Shown: positions 46,328 to 59,453 of the stretch, piece by piece
Layout of the letters: each line of letters begins with the position of its first letter
Position numbering within the stretch: position 1 is the stretch's first letter
Source: Mesotaenium endlicherianum
Taxonomy: Eukaryota
Direction of reading: 5' to 3'
NCBI GenBank assembly: GCA_009602735.1
Contig: WELA01002856.1
Location: 1-64,000, forward strand
Length of the DNA: 64,000 nt
Translations under genes and position numbers: made by a program
The notes under the pieces: generated by a model
Told to the model about the DNA's origin: nothing
What the model saw: the letters and a program-made list of their open reading frames with translations, nothing else
The model's database searches: none

Positions 46328-49300
46328 ATGGTAAAGACAAGGTCTCAAACTAGCAACTCCCAAGACATGGAGAACCAGGATAACGAGAATGTCAAATATT
46401 AGGCTGAAAGCCATGTAGCGGGAACCCGTACCTATTTTGAAGCAGTGGCAAATACTGCAGCTAGAGAGGCTGCAGATGAGGCAGCTGCTATTGCCGCAGT
46501 CACAACACAGCATGCTGAGGAGGAGTGAGCCAGATTAGAAGTTGAACGATTAGCAAAGGCTGCTGAAGATACAGAAAGGAGGGAAGGACAGCCAGCGGAT
46601 CGCACTGTCGAGGAACGTATGGCATCAAGGGTCAATGTTCTGGTCCCACCTCCTGCTGTACAACTCAATGTGCCCCTAGGTCAAATTCGTGACCGGTTGA
46701 ATGCGGCAGGACTTGCTGTTGCAAGAGCGAGAGGGACTGTTGAGGACACTACTCAGCGAGTCGATGCCACTGCTACTGCTGCATTTGCTAGACTCCCACT
46801 TGAGAGTGTGGATTTAAGAGCATTGTTCGTGCAAATGCAATCGCAAATGGCGAGCATGTACCAGTCCCAACAGGAGGACAAGAGAATCATAATGTCTTTA
46901 CTACGGGACAGAGACGAATTGGGTTCTCAAACCACTGGTGGTGGTGGCAGAGGGCCTAGTAAGCCCAAGCCGAAACCTCCCTAGGATTATGATTCGGAGG
47001 GGAACAAAAAGTATTACCTAATCAAGTTTCTCGCTGAAGTTGAGCAGTGGCTGGAGAACTACCCAGAACTGCAAGATTACGAAAAGGTCAAGCACACTGG
47101 TGCTCTACTGAAAGGCAGTGCAGCAGACTGGTGGCTGTATTGGAAAGGAGTGCGTAAGGCTCAACAACTCGGTGACCCTACTTGGGTATAGTTTATTGAG
47201 AAACGGCATGAGAAGTTTGATGTGATCAATCAGCAGGAGAAAGGTATCTATGCGATGATCTCCTTGACACTGAACCAGACCACTTCAGTTGCTGATTTTG
47301 CTCAAAAGTTTCAGGAGAACATGATGAAGCAGCCAGACTTACCAAAGCGGTATAGGATAGCATACTTCAAGTATGGCCTAAAATCCGAAGTCTTTGGTCA
47401 TTTTGCTGAAAAGAAGTATGAGAAACTAGCTGACTTGATCCAGGATGCAGATGCCTGGGATCAGCAGCAGTTCAATCACAAGCGCCAGAGTAATGCTTTG
47501 GTGTCTAAGGTCGTGAAAAAGCCCCACGGTTCCTACAATGCAATTGAAGGTGACCGGGCTGAGGATGATCAAGGTGATGAGTATGAATATGAGTATAACG
47601 CTATGCAGTCTAGAGGGAGAGGTGGTTTCTCACGAGGCGGCTATGGAAGAGGTGGTGGTAGGACTAAGCCGAGACCAGCCTCAGCAAAATCTTTCATTGC
47701 CAGCAGACGGGTCTTTTCAGAGAGCAGTGTCCAGTCAAGCACCTCCCAAAAGTTGAGAGAAAAGACCAGCTTTTAAAAGACAGCAACAGTCAGTAATCTA
47801 GTCTATTTACTGTGAGGATGCTAGAGATAGTGAGTTGTCACTAGCTGCCCTTGCGGCAGGTATTATGGGTCCTGCTGAACTGGAGTCACTATGCATGCCT
47901 GACAACCAGATAAAGGAGACCATCAGCAATATAGACATGCGGAGAGTGCACACTCTGGATGCTCTTGTTCCACCTGATGTCCAACATTTCTTTGCTAAGT
48001 CAGGAGAACAATGCGAAAGTCAGGAAAAGACAGTCCCCCCTATCCTACTGCATTGCATGATTGCAGGTAGGAAGAAGAGGGCATTTGTTGACGGAGGGGC
48101 GTCACATACTTTCATCCATAAGGACTTAGTTAAGCGGCTAAGGCTGCCTACTGTCACCCAAGGGAATCAAAAAATATTCCTTGGAGATGCCTCATGTATC
48201 CCGGGAGGAATCATAACCAAGCCTATTGAGGTCCAGTTAGGTTCTGCCATTGCAGTTCTAACTGAAACGCTTACATTTGAGGTACTCAACACTGGCTTCT
48301 ATGATCTTGTGCTAGGCAAGTCCTGGCTTGATAGACATCAAGCTGAAGTGTGTTGGAGTAGAGGTACGGTTAAAGTGAGAGGAGCCAGTGATGGGAAGAC
48401 TAACTTGGCACCCACCAGTGCTCTTCCTCTTGTCCTGTATGGATGGCAAATGAAGGAAAAGGAGAGGCTTCCAGGAGGATGCAAGTTGCTGAATGCAATG
48501 AAATTCATAAAAAGCTGGAACCAGAAAGAAGACAGAATGTTCTGTCTGCTGCTATGAGAGGTACCCCCTCAACCTGAAGAAATGGTTGAGAAAAAGGTAT
48601 GCCCTCCGGCGCACCCTACTGCTGGAAAAATTGTTGCTCAGTACATTGATGTTTATAATATGCCTCCAGGACTACCTCCTAAGAGGCAAGTGGATCGCAG
48701 GACTGACTTATTACCTGGGAGTCAGCCACCCTGGCAACGCGCCTATGGCTTGTCTTATGTGGAGAGCGAAGAGTTGAAGACACAGATTGCAGAGCTTGAG
48801 GAGAATGGTTACATTTCCCCCTGTGAATCACCTTATGGCGCACCCATTCTCTTTGTTAAGAAAGAGGACGGGAGTATGCAGATATGCGTTGATTACAGAG
48901 CTCTTAACAAAATTACAGTAAAGAACAAGTATGCTTTACCCAAAATCGAGGAGTTGCTTGATACCCTGTCTGGTGCTAAGGTGTTCAGTAAGATAGATCT
49001 CAAGAGTGGTTATCATCAAATCAGAATTGCTTGGGGGGGTGAATACAAGCCTGCCTTCCGCACACGATATGGACACTATGAGTTCAACGAGATGCCATTT
49101 GGACTGACTAATGCTCCTGCAACCTTCATGGGTGCTATGAATGACATTTTTAGACCTTATATGGATAAGTTTGTGCAAGTTTTCTTGGATAATATTTTAA
49201 TCTTCTCTGAAGATGAAGCTCAGCATGCTAAGAACTTAAGGACAGTCATGGACACTCTGGTAAAAAACCCGTTGAATTTCTAGACTATGTTGTTAGCAAA

Positions 49301-51472
49301 GAAGGCATCAGTGTGGATCCTAAAAAAGTCCAGACCAAAAAGGACTAGCCTGTACCACAATCTCTCTCTGAAGTTAGATCCTTCCTCGGGTTGGCTAACT
49401 ACTATAGGAGATTTATTGAGAATTATTCCACAAAGGCCAGTAAACTGGCTGACCTTACTAAGAAAGACATCGGGTATGTGTGGGGGGAAGAGCAGCAGGC
49501 TGCCTTCCAGACCCTTAAAGATGCTCTTTGTTCTGCCCCAGTGCTAGCCGTGTATGACCCCAGCAAACCAGTACAGGTGGTCACTGATGCCTCTGACTTC
49601 GCCATGGGTGCTATTTTGTGGCAGCCTGCTGACAAAATCACAAAGGATGGTAAGGTACGGCAGGAGTGGCACCCTGTGTTGTATCATTCATGTACTCAAA
49701 CAGTGGAGAGCATACTTACATGGTAAAGCTTTTAAGGTGATTACAGATCATCTAGCTCTGACTCACTTTCAGAAGAAATCTAAGCTGTCAAGGAGGGAGA
49801 ACCGCTGGAGCCAGATGCTGGAGCAGTTTCAAGTCCAGATCGACTACAAACCAGGAAAGTTGAATCTTGCTGATGCACTCTCTAGAAGACCTCACCTGCA
49901 AGAAAGGAACTTTAGGCAGCATGCTGTAGAGAACGTCCTTTGTGCACTCACTTCATTAAAGGTGAAAAAGTCCTTCCTTGAACAATTTAGGAAAGCCTAC
50001 CTTTCTGACCCAACATTCGAGCCCAGCCCTATTGATAGTGTGTGTCCTGCTACTGCACTCGGGTATAGGCTTAACGGTGGGGTCTGGGTGACTGAAATCA
50101 CTTCAGGCAGGCTGAAGCTGGTCATTCCTAATAATTTGAAAATAAGGTCCCTTTTACTGAGTCAAGCACATGACAGTTTACTGGGTGGGCATTTGGGGCA
50201 GGCCAAAACTGTTGGCAAACTGGCAAAACATCATCATGGGGAGGGATTACCTTGGGAGGTCTTGAAATATGTTAAGTCCCGTGATCATGACAAAGAAATA
50301 AGTCTAGACACAAACCACTGGGGATCTCTTATAATCGCTGCCCATCCCAGCTGGACGCTGGAACCAACATCCATGGACTGGGTGGTAACACTGCCACGAA
50401 CTGCCAATGGGCATGATTCAATACTGGTAGTGGTGGATAAACTGACAAAAATGGTCATTTTCATCCCCACAACTGTCAAAGTAACTGCACTCGAAATAGC
50501 GAGACAGTTCTACAACCATGTAGTATGCCAACATGGGCTACCCTTTAATATCATCTCAAACAGAGGCTCGAAATTTACCTCTAAGTTCTGGAGAGCTTTA
50601 ATGGGGTTAATGGGAGTCAAAGAGCTGCTCAGCACAGCAAACCACCCTCAGACTGATGGGAAGACTGAAAGAACTAACCGAGTTCTGCAAGAGGTGTTGA
50701 GAGCATATATTAACCAAAAATATGATAATTGGGATGACCTGTTGCCTCAAATCCAGTTTGCGGTCAACAGAGCGGTGCACGCGTCAACGGGCAAGACTCC
50801 TTTTGAACTGAGTCTGGGTAGAGTCTCTAAGTTTCCTTTAGATGTACTAGGGGAGTCTTTAACTCACCCTGAAGGGATTGACAATCTGGTCTCCCTTCGA
50901 TTAACCCAGGAGTTTGCTGACACCCTGTCAGCAATCCAACAGAACCTGCACAAAGTCCAGGAAAACCAACAAGAAAATACGCTAACCAGCACCGTCGAGA
51001 ACTTACATTTTCTTAGGGCAATTTGGTCAAACTGCATTCTCAGCTCCTGTACCTGCCTGGTGTGGTCAAGAAAATGCTTGGTCCTGTCAAGGTCGGTCCA
51101 TATTCGGTGGTGCGCCGTGTCGGTCAGAATGCTTACAAACTGAACATTTCAGTAGAATACAAGGGTCACCCGGTCTTTAATGTCTCCTTCCTCGAACCAT
51201 ACATTAAGGGCGACACGTTGTTCACAAGTCGGTTACCTGTGCAACCGGGACCGATCCCCGCTGTCCGGGATGGTGACCCTCAGGAATATGAGGTCGAGGA
51301 CATTTTAGACGCTCGCTCTGTCCGTAGATCATCTAAATATGTCATGAAGTACCTGGTCAGATGGAAGGGTTACGATGCCTCTGGGGACACTTCGGAATTT
51401 AAAGACCAGCTGACCAATGCCAAAGGGGCGTTGAAACGGTTCCACCTTCGGGCGACTGGCACACTTCCCTAA
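46328..51472 (+). pseudogene. E2 gag-pol (gag, PR, RT, RNase H, IN, chromodomain), heavily disrupted
   Basis: FVDGGA protease, [21 protein letters not shown] (decayed catalytic motif), TDAS, integrase core, YEVEDIL...WKGY. Confidence 0.9.
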
Positions 51473-51829
51473 CTGTCATTTTAGTGGACATGGACAGGTG
51501 ACAGGAGGTCCTGTCTCCATATACGTCGGAGAGGAATGTGACAGTTAGTGACAGATAGCGACAATTGTGACAGGCAGCCCATCTTTAAACTTAAGTTGGA
51601 GGGAGTGTGTTCCATTTCGGGATCAGCCAGGCGAATTTATAACGATACTACACACTCAACCTGCGCTCATACTCACTTTCTCTCTCTAACTCATTTCTCT
51701 CTTATACTCACTCACACAAGGTACTACACACTAGGGACTCCCCCTATCACGTTCTTCTTATTCACGGGCACTTAGTAGCGGCAAAGTGTCATGACATCAG
51801 TGACTGCATTGTGTTTATGATTAAGCAGG

Positions 51830-53433
51830 ATGACTCAGAAGTCAGAGCTTAAGAGGAGGAGAAGAGCGAAAGAGACACACGCAGAATACATGCAATTTCA
51901 TGGCGACATCGAATCATCCACCATCTCTGCTCGGGAATCACAACGACTCCAACAACAGCGGGAGGCACAGATGAAGAAGGAGGAGGAGGAGCAAGCCAGG
52001 CGGAGGCAGGAAGAACTGGACAAAAAAGCTGCAGAGGAGGCCAAGAAGGCGGAAGAGGAGAGGCAAGCTGAGGAGAGGCGGAAGTAGCAGGCTGACGAAG
52101 AAGAACAAAGGAGAATCAGCAGCTACCGCTACACAGTGCTGGGCAAGAAGTTTTATCTACTAGAGGATGCCTTAAAGTTTGCCCAGAGACGTCGCAATGA
52201 GGCACAGCAGGAAATCCTGCAGAGGGCAGGGGAGACATCTGAAAACTTCGACAAGTATATAGAGGTCAGCACAAGACTCATCCTCTACCACGATTATGCC
52301 AGGATGGTAGAATATACGGTCAAAGAGGCCAAGGCAATGGCCCAGATGAATGAAACAGGATCTGTATCGATTCCGGGTATCTAGGGGAAAAATAGGGTCA
52401 TCAAGATGATCCCTATGGACGCGGACAGCTTTAAGGACTCTACATTCCATAACAGGTTCAAGGCCATGTATAATGAGGTGGAGAGAAGAGGCTAGGAATT
52501 TGTAGCGAGGAAAACCAGTCAGCTGGACTTTGCAGGGCACTGGTACCCTTGTACTCCAAAAAAGACAGACCCTGCCTTCTTCCAGAAACCCACCGATTGG
52601 CGGTGGATGAACATCAACATGAGGGACCAGCAAAATGACAAGGCAAGGGAGGAAGACTTCCTAATGGATCTACAGAGGAACATTATGTTGCCTCCTCATA
52701 TTGCCGCTTGGGACCCAAGACTGGATGGAGTAAGAGATTGCATGAGCCAAGAAATGCAGGAGGACAGGAGCAGGGCCTGTGAGTCATTCTCTAAAGGGGA
52801 GCACGCTTATGCCAAATGGGCAAGCAAGCAGGGAGAAAAGGACCTGTATGCGGTCCGGACTCAACAGCCCCCACCAGCACCCAAAAGGGGAAGGTCAGTG
52901 GGATATTCTTTTTCTCGGGAAGAGCTGGAGCAGCTGACAAAAGAGACCCCAGCAGTCTCAGAGGAACCAGGGGAAGGAGAGGAGGAGGGGTCGGAGGAAG
53001 AAGAAGAGGAAGGCGAGGAGGAGGACATTAGCCCCGCTGTGATCCTGACACCTGCCACATCTCCTGTAAGGGAGAAGACTGGGTTGGCCTTAAAAAACAG
53101 CTCGTTGAAGAGGAAGATATCACTTGGCTGGGACCTGCCAAAGGACAAAGCCCATCTGCAGGCACAGAGATCCAGTCAGACAGGGCAGACAGGAGGGCTG
53201 CTAGAGAGATAGCCAGAGGCCTGCCAGCATCTCCCTCGCAGAGAGGGCATGTGCCCTTGGCTCATGTCATGCAACATCCTTCTGGGATGCCGGTATATGT
53301 ACCTGTCAGTTTGAGGGCTGCCCAGGAGAAGGTTGCCTCCATTCAGTTTCAGACTGTGCAGGAGGAAACAACCCAGTTTCTACGTTCTCCGCGGGGACCC
53401 TACGCGGATCCTCCAGGCTTCAGGAGACCCTAA
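51830..53433 (+). pseudogene. E2 copy of the extra ORF, with several stops and a frameshift
   Basis: Fragments align along the full length with the 30644-32248 protein. Confidence 0.85.
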
Positions 53434-54957
53434 GACTGGAGGAGGTCTGGCTCCGCTGACCATGGGGCCCCAGGAACATCTCCTTCCTAATGGCAATAGG
53501 CTAAGGAGGGGAGAGCATGCTGTTACTAGTAACCCCCACCGTTAGGTTTCAAGGTTGAAGCAAAAGATGTTGGAAGTCAGATCACCACTTTCAGCTAGAG
53601 GGACCATGTATCCAGTGTTAGTTTTGTCGAGGGGACAACCTGTTAAGTTACAGGAATTGTAATGAATCGGTATATTGGTAGATATAATTTTCATTTAAAT
53701 ATTATAATTAAATAAGTTCAGCCTGCTGAACTTTAGCTAATAATCAGTTTGTTGGACTTTTTATAATTATCAGTTTAATGACTCAGCCGGGAACAGCTGG
53801 CTGAAGTCAAATTAGGTTAGCTTGCTGACACATTCTTTGACAGCCAACTGACTTCCGTACTCGGTAGCAGCAAACTGCCTAGATATGCATCTAAGTGTAG
53901 TGTGCTAGATGAATGGCCAGATGACATCCTTGGGATGGATGGCGATTCGGGATGATGGGAGATGGTGGTGGATTTAATTAACCAAGGTCCTACCAACGCG
54001 GTTAACTCCCGGGTAGGCGGTGCCATCGCACTGGTGTTGAACAGTAAACTCATTTCATGTACATATGCTAGGTATTGCTCTCAAGTTTGGCATTCGGAAA
54101 CGAGGCCAACTCTCTTGTAAAGCTTACTGAGAGAGAGAGATCTGAATCCAAGGCGAGAAGCCATTGATATGCATTGTGTAAGGTCATAGGTTTATGAAGT
54201 GCATTTTTGAGTATCATGAAAGTATGTTTTGATTGTATAGTAGTGTAGAGTGCATTTTTGTGGTCATTTTGATATAAAGTTCATCGAATTTGGTCAAGTA
54301 TTGAGAGAGTTATGGATTTCCGAAGTTTAATTAGTTTTGAGGTCGGTTGACGACTGTCCTTAATTCGCGGTGAGCGCGACCGTCGGATTGACCGACAGCG
54401 TCGAGCGATCTGGCCCGTTAGACTGAACTCGAACCTTCACGTAAGTTCGGCTGACGCGGAGTGCCGACTAGGTCGATTTACCTAGAAGTTTCGGTTTAGC
54501 CTAGCGCGTCTAAGATAGAATATTCTAGTAATGTCGATGCATGTATGTGGACGTCAATTCGGCCCGACACGTCAGATTAGACTGATCTGGCTTACTCACG
54601 AATATTCTGGAAGGGACGATTTGACGAACACTTAGGAAAATCCGTAGCTTCCTCCTAGGGAGGAGCACTTAGGCAGAAAATTATAAATAGGCATAACTTC
54701 TTTGTTTCTTATCAGTTTTCACTTCTGTAAATTTCTACGGGTTTGTAATGACAAGGCCTTTCATCCTACATCATTTGTGAGCAGTTTCCTGCTACTCAAA
54801 ATGTTGAGTAATTTTCCTAAGCTTTGTTAGTGATATGCCGCTGCACTCTCTAGTATGATGGCAACTAGTTCCTTTCCTCGTGAGTCACTACGCTTCCACT
54901 AGGGCACTCTGCCCCTTTCATCTGGTATCGGAGCAGGGCTAGTTTGCATATTATATT

Positions 54958-55989
54958 ATGGAGTCGCAGCCGGCAGCTGGAGGAGGCGAACATGTCGAGC
55001 ATGTTGAGCGCGCGGGGCAGCAGGCAGCACCAACAATGACCAGAGAGCAACAAGAGATGCAGGCGATGCTAAGGCAAATGGCAAATGCAATTGGAGGAGA
55101 AGTCTACACCCAGTTTCAACAAAATATGCGCGCGGAGGTGGAGAGAATGGTGCGAGTTGTTATGGGGAACGCCGCTTCGACGAGTTCGGCACCTGCACCT
55201 GTTGTACCACCGATTCATGTTAACCCAGTGGTGCAACCAGTTATTCCACCCGCATCAGGAGTGCGTGCACCTAAGCCTGAAGTTTATACTGGAAAGTGTG
55301 GATCGCCGCCTGTTCATCAATGGATTTTTGGAGTGAAGAAGTTTATGGAGTATTCTGCGCTCACGCCCGACAGGCAAGTCGCCTTTGTCATAACTTTGCT
55401 GCAGAAGAGTGCTGGAGCTTGGTATGAACGAGAAGAGCAGCTGTCTGGAGTTCCTGCTACTGTTGATCAGCTATTTGAAGGCTTGAAGAGGCAATTTCAA
55501 CCTATTGCACCCGAGGCTACCGCTCGAGATCTATTGGTGCGCCTTCGTCAACGAGGAAGCGTTCAGGAGTATGTATCGCGCTTCAACGAGCTGGTGCTTC
55601 AATGTCCATCCATGCACGAGTCGGAGATGATGGACAAGTTCAAGAGGGGACTCAAGCCAACTGTGGCCAAGGAAGTGGCGCTCAAGGACCCTACCAGTCT
55701 TGGAGAAATGATGGCATTGGCAACAAGGGTCGACGCTGTGGAGTATAGTCAGAGGCAGTGGGGCAGCCACAACTTTGGAGGATATCGACACTTTGGATCT
55801 CAAGCGCCAAGCACGAGTGTTCAAGGTCCAGTACCCATGGAGTTGGGACTTGTGCAGTACCAGCGCAGGCAGCAGAATTTCAAGCCGAGAGGACCGTGCT
55901 ATAGTTGCGGCAAGCTTGGACATCTGGCTCGAGACTGTCATGTGAAGGCGAAGCAACCTCAACAGCAGGAAAAAGGAGGATGCCAATAA
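54958..55989 (+). CDS. gag: C2 Gag (343 aa)
   Basis: Open ORF with gag core, PVPMELG motif and CCHC knuckle. Confidence 0.93.
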   Translation: MESQPAAGGGEHVEHVERAGQQAAPTMTREQQEMQAMLRQMANAIGGEVYTQFQQNMRAEVERMVRVVMGNAASTSSAPAPVVPPIHVNPVVQPVIPPASGVRAPKPEVYTGKCGSPPVHQWIFGVKKFMEYSALTPDRQVAFVITLLQKSAGAWYEREEQLSGVPATVDQLFEGLKRQFQPIAPEATARDLLVRLRQRGSVQEYVSRFNELVLQCPSMHESEMMDKFKRGLKPTVAKEVALKDPTSLGEMMALATRVDAVEYSQRQWGSHNFGGYRHFGSQAPSTSVQGPVPMELGLVQYQRRQQNFKPRGPCYSCGKLGHLARDCHVKAKQPQQQEKGGCQ

Positions 55990-58900
55990 GTCGTATGGTC
56001 GACAGTGGCGCAAGTGCAAACTTTGTGCACAAGAAGCTGGTGAAAGAGTGGCGAGTCCCTGTGCAGGAGAATCATGAGCCTAAGGAGGCAATTTTGGCGA
56101 ATGGGCAGAGACTCAAGTGTGGTGCACCTACGGAAGCTATTCACGTGGAAGTAGCGGGGCACCAGAGTACTGAAGTTATGGAGCAGGCAGAGGTAGGTCA
56201 CCATGAGGTGATATTGGGCCGACCATGGCTGAGGAAAGCCAACCCTCAAGTGCACTGGAGCACAGGACAAGTGAAAGTCCAAGGGCGTGATGGTCGAATG
56301 GAGACAGCGAAACAGGTGGAGGTAGATACGACCACAAGTAACTGTCTTCTGTCGAGCCTGCAAGTTAAGAAGCTATGCAGGGCGAATCAGGTGAAGGAGA
56401 TGTACCTTGTTTCGGTGGCCCTGGCCAGGTCATCAGATGGAGCAAGCGTGAATCCTAACAGCCTGGGCGAATGTACATCGCCGGAGGAGCAAGTAGTGGT
56501 GTCTGATCCCCTTGCTCAGAAGGAGCAGAGCCCAACTGCTCAAGAGAAGAAGCCTGCTGAGATGCCTGCCCAAATTAAGGCGCTGTTGGAGGAGTTCAAG
56601 TGCGTGTTTCCTGAGGAACTACCTACAGGATTACCTCCACAGAGAGCTATGGAGCACAAGATTGAGTTGGAACCAGGGAGCAAGCCACCAGTGAGACCCG
56701 CCTATCGACAATCGTTTGCGGAGTTGGATGAGTTAAAGAAGCAACTGACGGAGTTATTGGAGAAGGGATTCATCCGACCCAGCGAGTCTCCATTTGCAGC
56801 GCCAGTCTTATTTGTGAAGAAGAAGGATGGGACTATGAGGATGTGTGTCGACTACCGGGCACTCAACAAGGTCACCATCAAGAACAGGTACCCACTTCCA
56901 CGAGTGGACGAGTTGATTGACAGGCTTGTCGGGGCGAAGTATTTCTCGAAGATCGATTTGAGGAGTGGCTATCACCAGGTACGGATTGCGGAAGGAGACG
57001 TTCAGAAGACTGCTTTCAGAACTCGCTATGGTTTGTTTGAGTTCACAGTCATGCCTTTTGGATTGACCAATGCACCTGCTACATTCATGGGACTCATGAA
57101 TAGTATCTTCAGACCCTACTTGGACCAGTTTGTGGTGGTATTTTTGGACGACATCCTGATCTATTCGAAGACCTTGGAGGAGCATGTGGGGCATCTGAGG
57201 AAGGTGTTGGAGGTCTTGAGAGATCAAAAGCTGTATGGGAAGATGAGCAAGTGCGACTTCTGTCTCAAGGAGGTCGAGTTTCTTGGACACATAGTGGGAG
57301 CTGAAGGAGTCAAGGTGGAGCAGAAGAAGGTGCAAGCAGTCAGAGATTGGCCGGTACCTGCTGATATTCATCAACTCAGGAGTTTCCTCGGCATGGCGAA
57401 TTATTATCGACGTTTCATTGAAGGATTTGCCAAGGTGTGTGCACCGCTCACGGACATGTTGAAGAAGCAGGAGAAGTGGCTATGGGGTGACAAGGAGCAG
57501 CAAGCCTTTGAGAAGATTAAGGAGCTGTTGACACAGGCACCTGTGTTGGCAATTGCAAGTCCAGAGCTTCCTTTCACCATCATCACGGACGCATCAAATT
57601 TCGCAGTGGGAGCCATTCTTCTCCAGGACCAGGGCAAAGGATTGCAGCCTGTGGCATATGAGAGCAGGAAGTTGAGTCCTGCTGAGCAAAACTATGCAGC
57701 ACACGAGCGGGAGATGTTGGCTATTATCCAGGCTTTGAGGATTTGGCGATGTTATGTGGACGGCCGGAAGGTGTTCATCAAGACCGACCACAAGAGCTTG
57801 GAGAAGTTTATGACGCAGCCAACGTTGACACCAAGACAGGCAAGGTGGATGGAGTTTCTGCAACAGTTCGACCACAAGATTGAGTACTTACCTGGGAAGA
57901 TCAACCCTGCAGACGCTTTATCCAGGAGGTGTGACCTTGCAGCTGTCTCAGTCATCAAGGAGAATATGGACTTCAAGGAGAAGCTTCAAAGAGGTTATGA
58001 GGAGGACCCAGAGTTTGCTGATGGTGGAGCAGCTGAGTCCAACTCGAGTATGCAGAAGAAGGACGGCATATGGTATTATGGTGATTCCAAGAGAGTGGTG
58101 GTACCTGACATCAAGGAGCTACGAGACTTACTACTTGCGGAGCATCATGACTGCTTATATGCTGGACACTTTGGAAGCGAGAAGACGGCAAGCGTGCTGA
58201 AGCGGGAATACTACTGGAGAAATATGGACAAGGACATCGAGGAGTGGATCAGGAGTTGCGATGCGTGCCAGAGAAACAAGACACCAAATCAAAAGAAGGG
58301 AGGTACATTGCAGCCCCTGCCTATTCCAGAGTATCCTTGGGAGCAGATTGCTATGGACTTCATCACATCGTTACCAGTCAGTGGTCAAGGGCACGATGCA
58401 GTATGGGTTGTGTCTGACAGACTCAGCAAGATGGCTCACTTCATTCCCATGAAGGAGACTTCTACGGCAGCAGATGTGGCACGGCTATTCTTTGATCATA
58501 TTTTCAGGCTACATGGGTTGCCGAAGGTGATTGTTTCAGATCGGGATCCAAGGTTTACTAGCAACTTTTGGCGGTCATTGTTTACTTTGATGGGGACCAA
58601 GCTGAGTATGAGCACTTCCTATCACCCTCAGACAGACGGGCAGAGTGAGAGGCTCAACAGAACTCTGCAAGAGGTGCTCAGGAGTTTCACTATGGAGGAC
58701 CCTTCAGAGTGGGACAAGAAGCTGCCAGGATTGGAGTTTGCCTACAACAACAGCATGCAGGGATCGACCAAGCAGTCACCATTCGCTATGGTTTATGGGA
58801 GAGAAGTATATCATCCAGGGAACATCTTGTTGGAGAAGGCCAAGGAGACTCAGGTTCCTACTACACAAGCTTTTATGGAGCAGATGGCCAAGACTTGGGA

Positions 58901-59453
58901 TATGGCGAAGACGTGTATTCGGAAGGCACAACAAGAGCAGGTCAAGCATGCTAACAAGCACAGGAGGGAAGTGACATTCCAAGTGGGCGACAAAGTACTC
59001 TTGTCCACAGAGAACCTACCTTTCACAGGCAAGAGGAAACTGCGGGCACGGTTTACAGGTCCCTTTGTAGTGCTCAAGCAGGTGAATCCAGTGGCCTACA
59101 AGTTGGAACTTCCTTCAGGCTGGCGTATCCATGATGTGTTCCATGTCAGTTGTCTGCGGCCATACGTTGACCCGAATGAAGGACATCCAGGACGACTACC
59201 TACACCGCCACCACCGGTCGAGATCGATGATGTATTGGAGTATGAAGTGGAGGCGATTGTCGGCGATCGACGAGTCAAGCGAGGTCAACGATTTGTCCAA
59301 GAGTATCTGGTCAAGTGGAAAGGCTACCATGCGGACGACAACACTTGGGAGCCAGAGGCCAACTTGACTCATTGTAAGAGTAAGTTGAGACGTTATCTGC
59401 AGAATGCGTCGAGGACGTCGCATCTTGAGGAGGGGGATGATGTAAGGTCATAG
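55905..59453 (+). CDS. pol: C2 Pol (PR-RT-RH-IN-chromo); open, but with a 135-bp in-frame deletion just before the protease DSG
   Basis: All catalytic motifs are present. 45 codons found in C1 (SGVSTG...NKAKC) are missing. It overlaps gag in the -1 frame. Confidence 0.92.
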   Translation: MRQAWTSGSRLSCEGEATSTAGKRRMPISRMVDSGASANFVHKKLVKEWRVPVQENHEPKEAILANGQRLKCGAPTEAIHVEVAGHQSTEVMEQAEVGHHEVILGRPWLRKANPQVHWSTGQVKVQGRDGRMETAKQVEVDTTTSNCLLSSLQVKKLCRANQVKEMYLVSVALARSSDGASVNPNSLGECTSPEEQVVVSDPLAQKEQSPTAQEKKPAEMPAQIKALLEEFKCVFPEELPTGLPPQRAMEHKIELEPGSKPPVRPAYRQSFAELDELKKQLTELLEKGFIRPSESPFAAPVLFVKKKDGTMRMCVDYRALNKVTIKNRYPLPRVDELIDRLVGAKYFSKIDLRSGYHQVRIAEGDVQKTAFRTRYGLFEFTVMPFGLTNAPATFMGLMNSIFRPYLDQFVVVFLDDILIYSKTLEEHVGHLRKVLEVLRDQKLYGKMSKCDFCLKEVEFLGHIVGAEGVKVEQKKVQAVRDWPVPADIHQLRSFLGMANYYRRFIEGFAKVCAPLTDMLKKQEKWLWGDKEQQAFEKIKELLTQAPVLAIASPELPFTIITDASNFAVGAILLQDQGKGLQPVAYESRKLSPAEQNYAAHEREMLAIIQALRIWRCYVDGRKVFIKTDHKSLEKFMTQPTLTPRQARWMEFLQQFDHKIEYLPGKINPADALSRRCDLAAVSVIKENMDFKEKLQRGYEEDPEFADGGAAESNSSMQKKDGIWYYGDSKRVVVPDIKELRDLLLAEHHDCLYAGHFGSEKTASVLKREYYWRNMDKDIEEWIRSCDACQRNKTPNQKKGGTLQPLPIPEYPWEQIAMDFITSLPVSGQGHDAVWVVSDRLSKMAHFIPMKETSTAADVARLFFDHIFRLHGLPKVIVSDRDPRFTSNFWRSLFTLMGTKLSMSTSYHPQTDGQSERLNRTLQEVLRSFTMEDPSEWDKKLPGLEFAYNNSMQGSTKQSPFAMVYGREVYHPGNILLEKAKETQVPTTQAFMEQMAKTWDMAKTCIRKAQQEQVKHANKHRREVTFQVGDKVLLSTENLPFTGKRKLRARFTGPFVVLKQVNPVAYKLELPSGWRIHDVFHVSCLRPYVDPNEGHPGRLPTPPPPVEIDDVLEYEVEAIVGDRRVKRGQRFVQEYLVKWKGYHADDNTWEPEANLTHCKSKLRRYLQNASRTSHLEEGDDVRS

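Noticed and set aside
29781..54176. Large inverted repeat between 29.8-43.1 kb and 45.6-54.2 kb
   Set aside because: Explained by two independent, oppositely oriented family E insertions. E2 has its own TSD.
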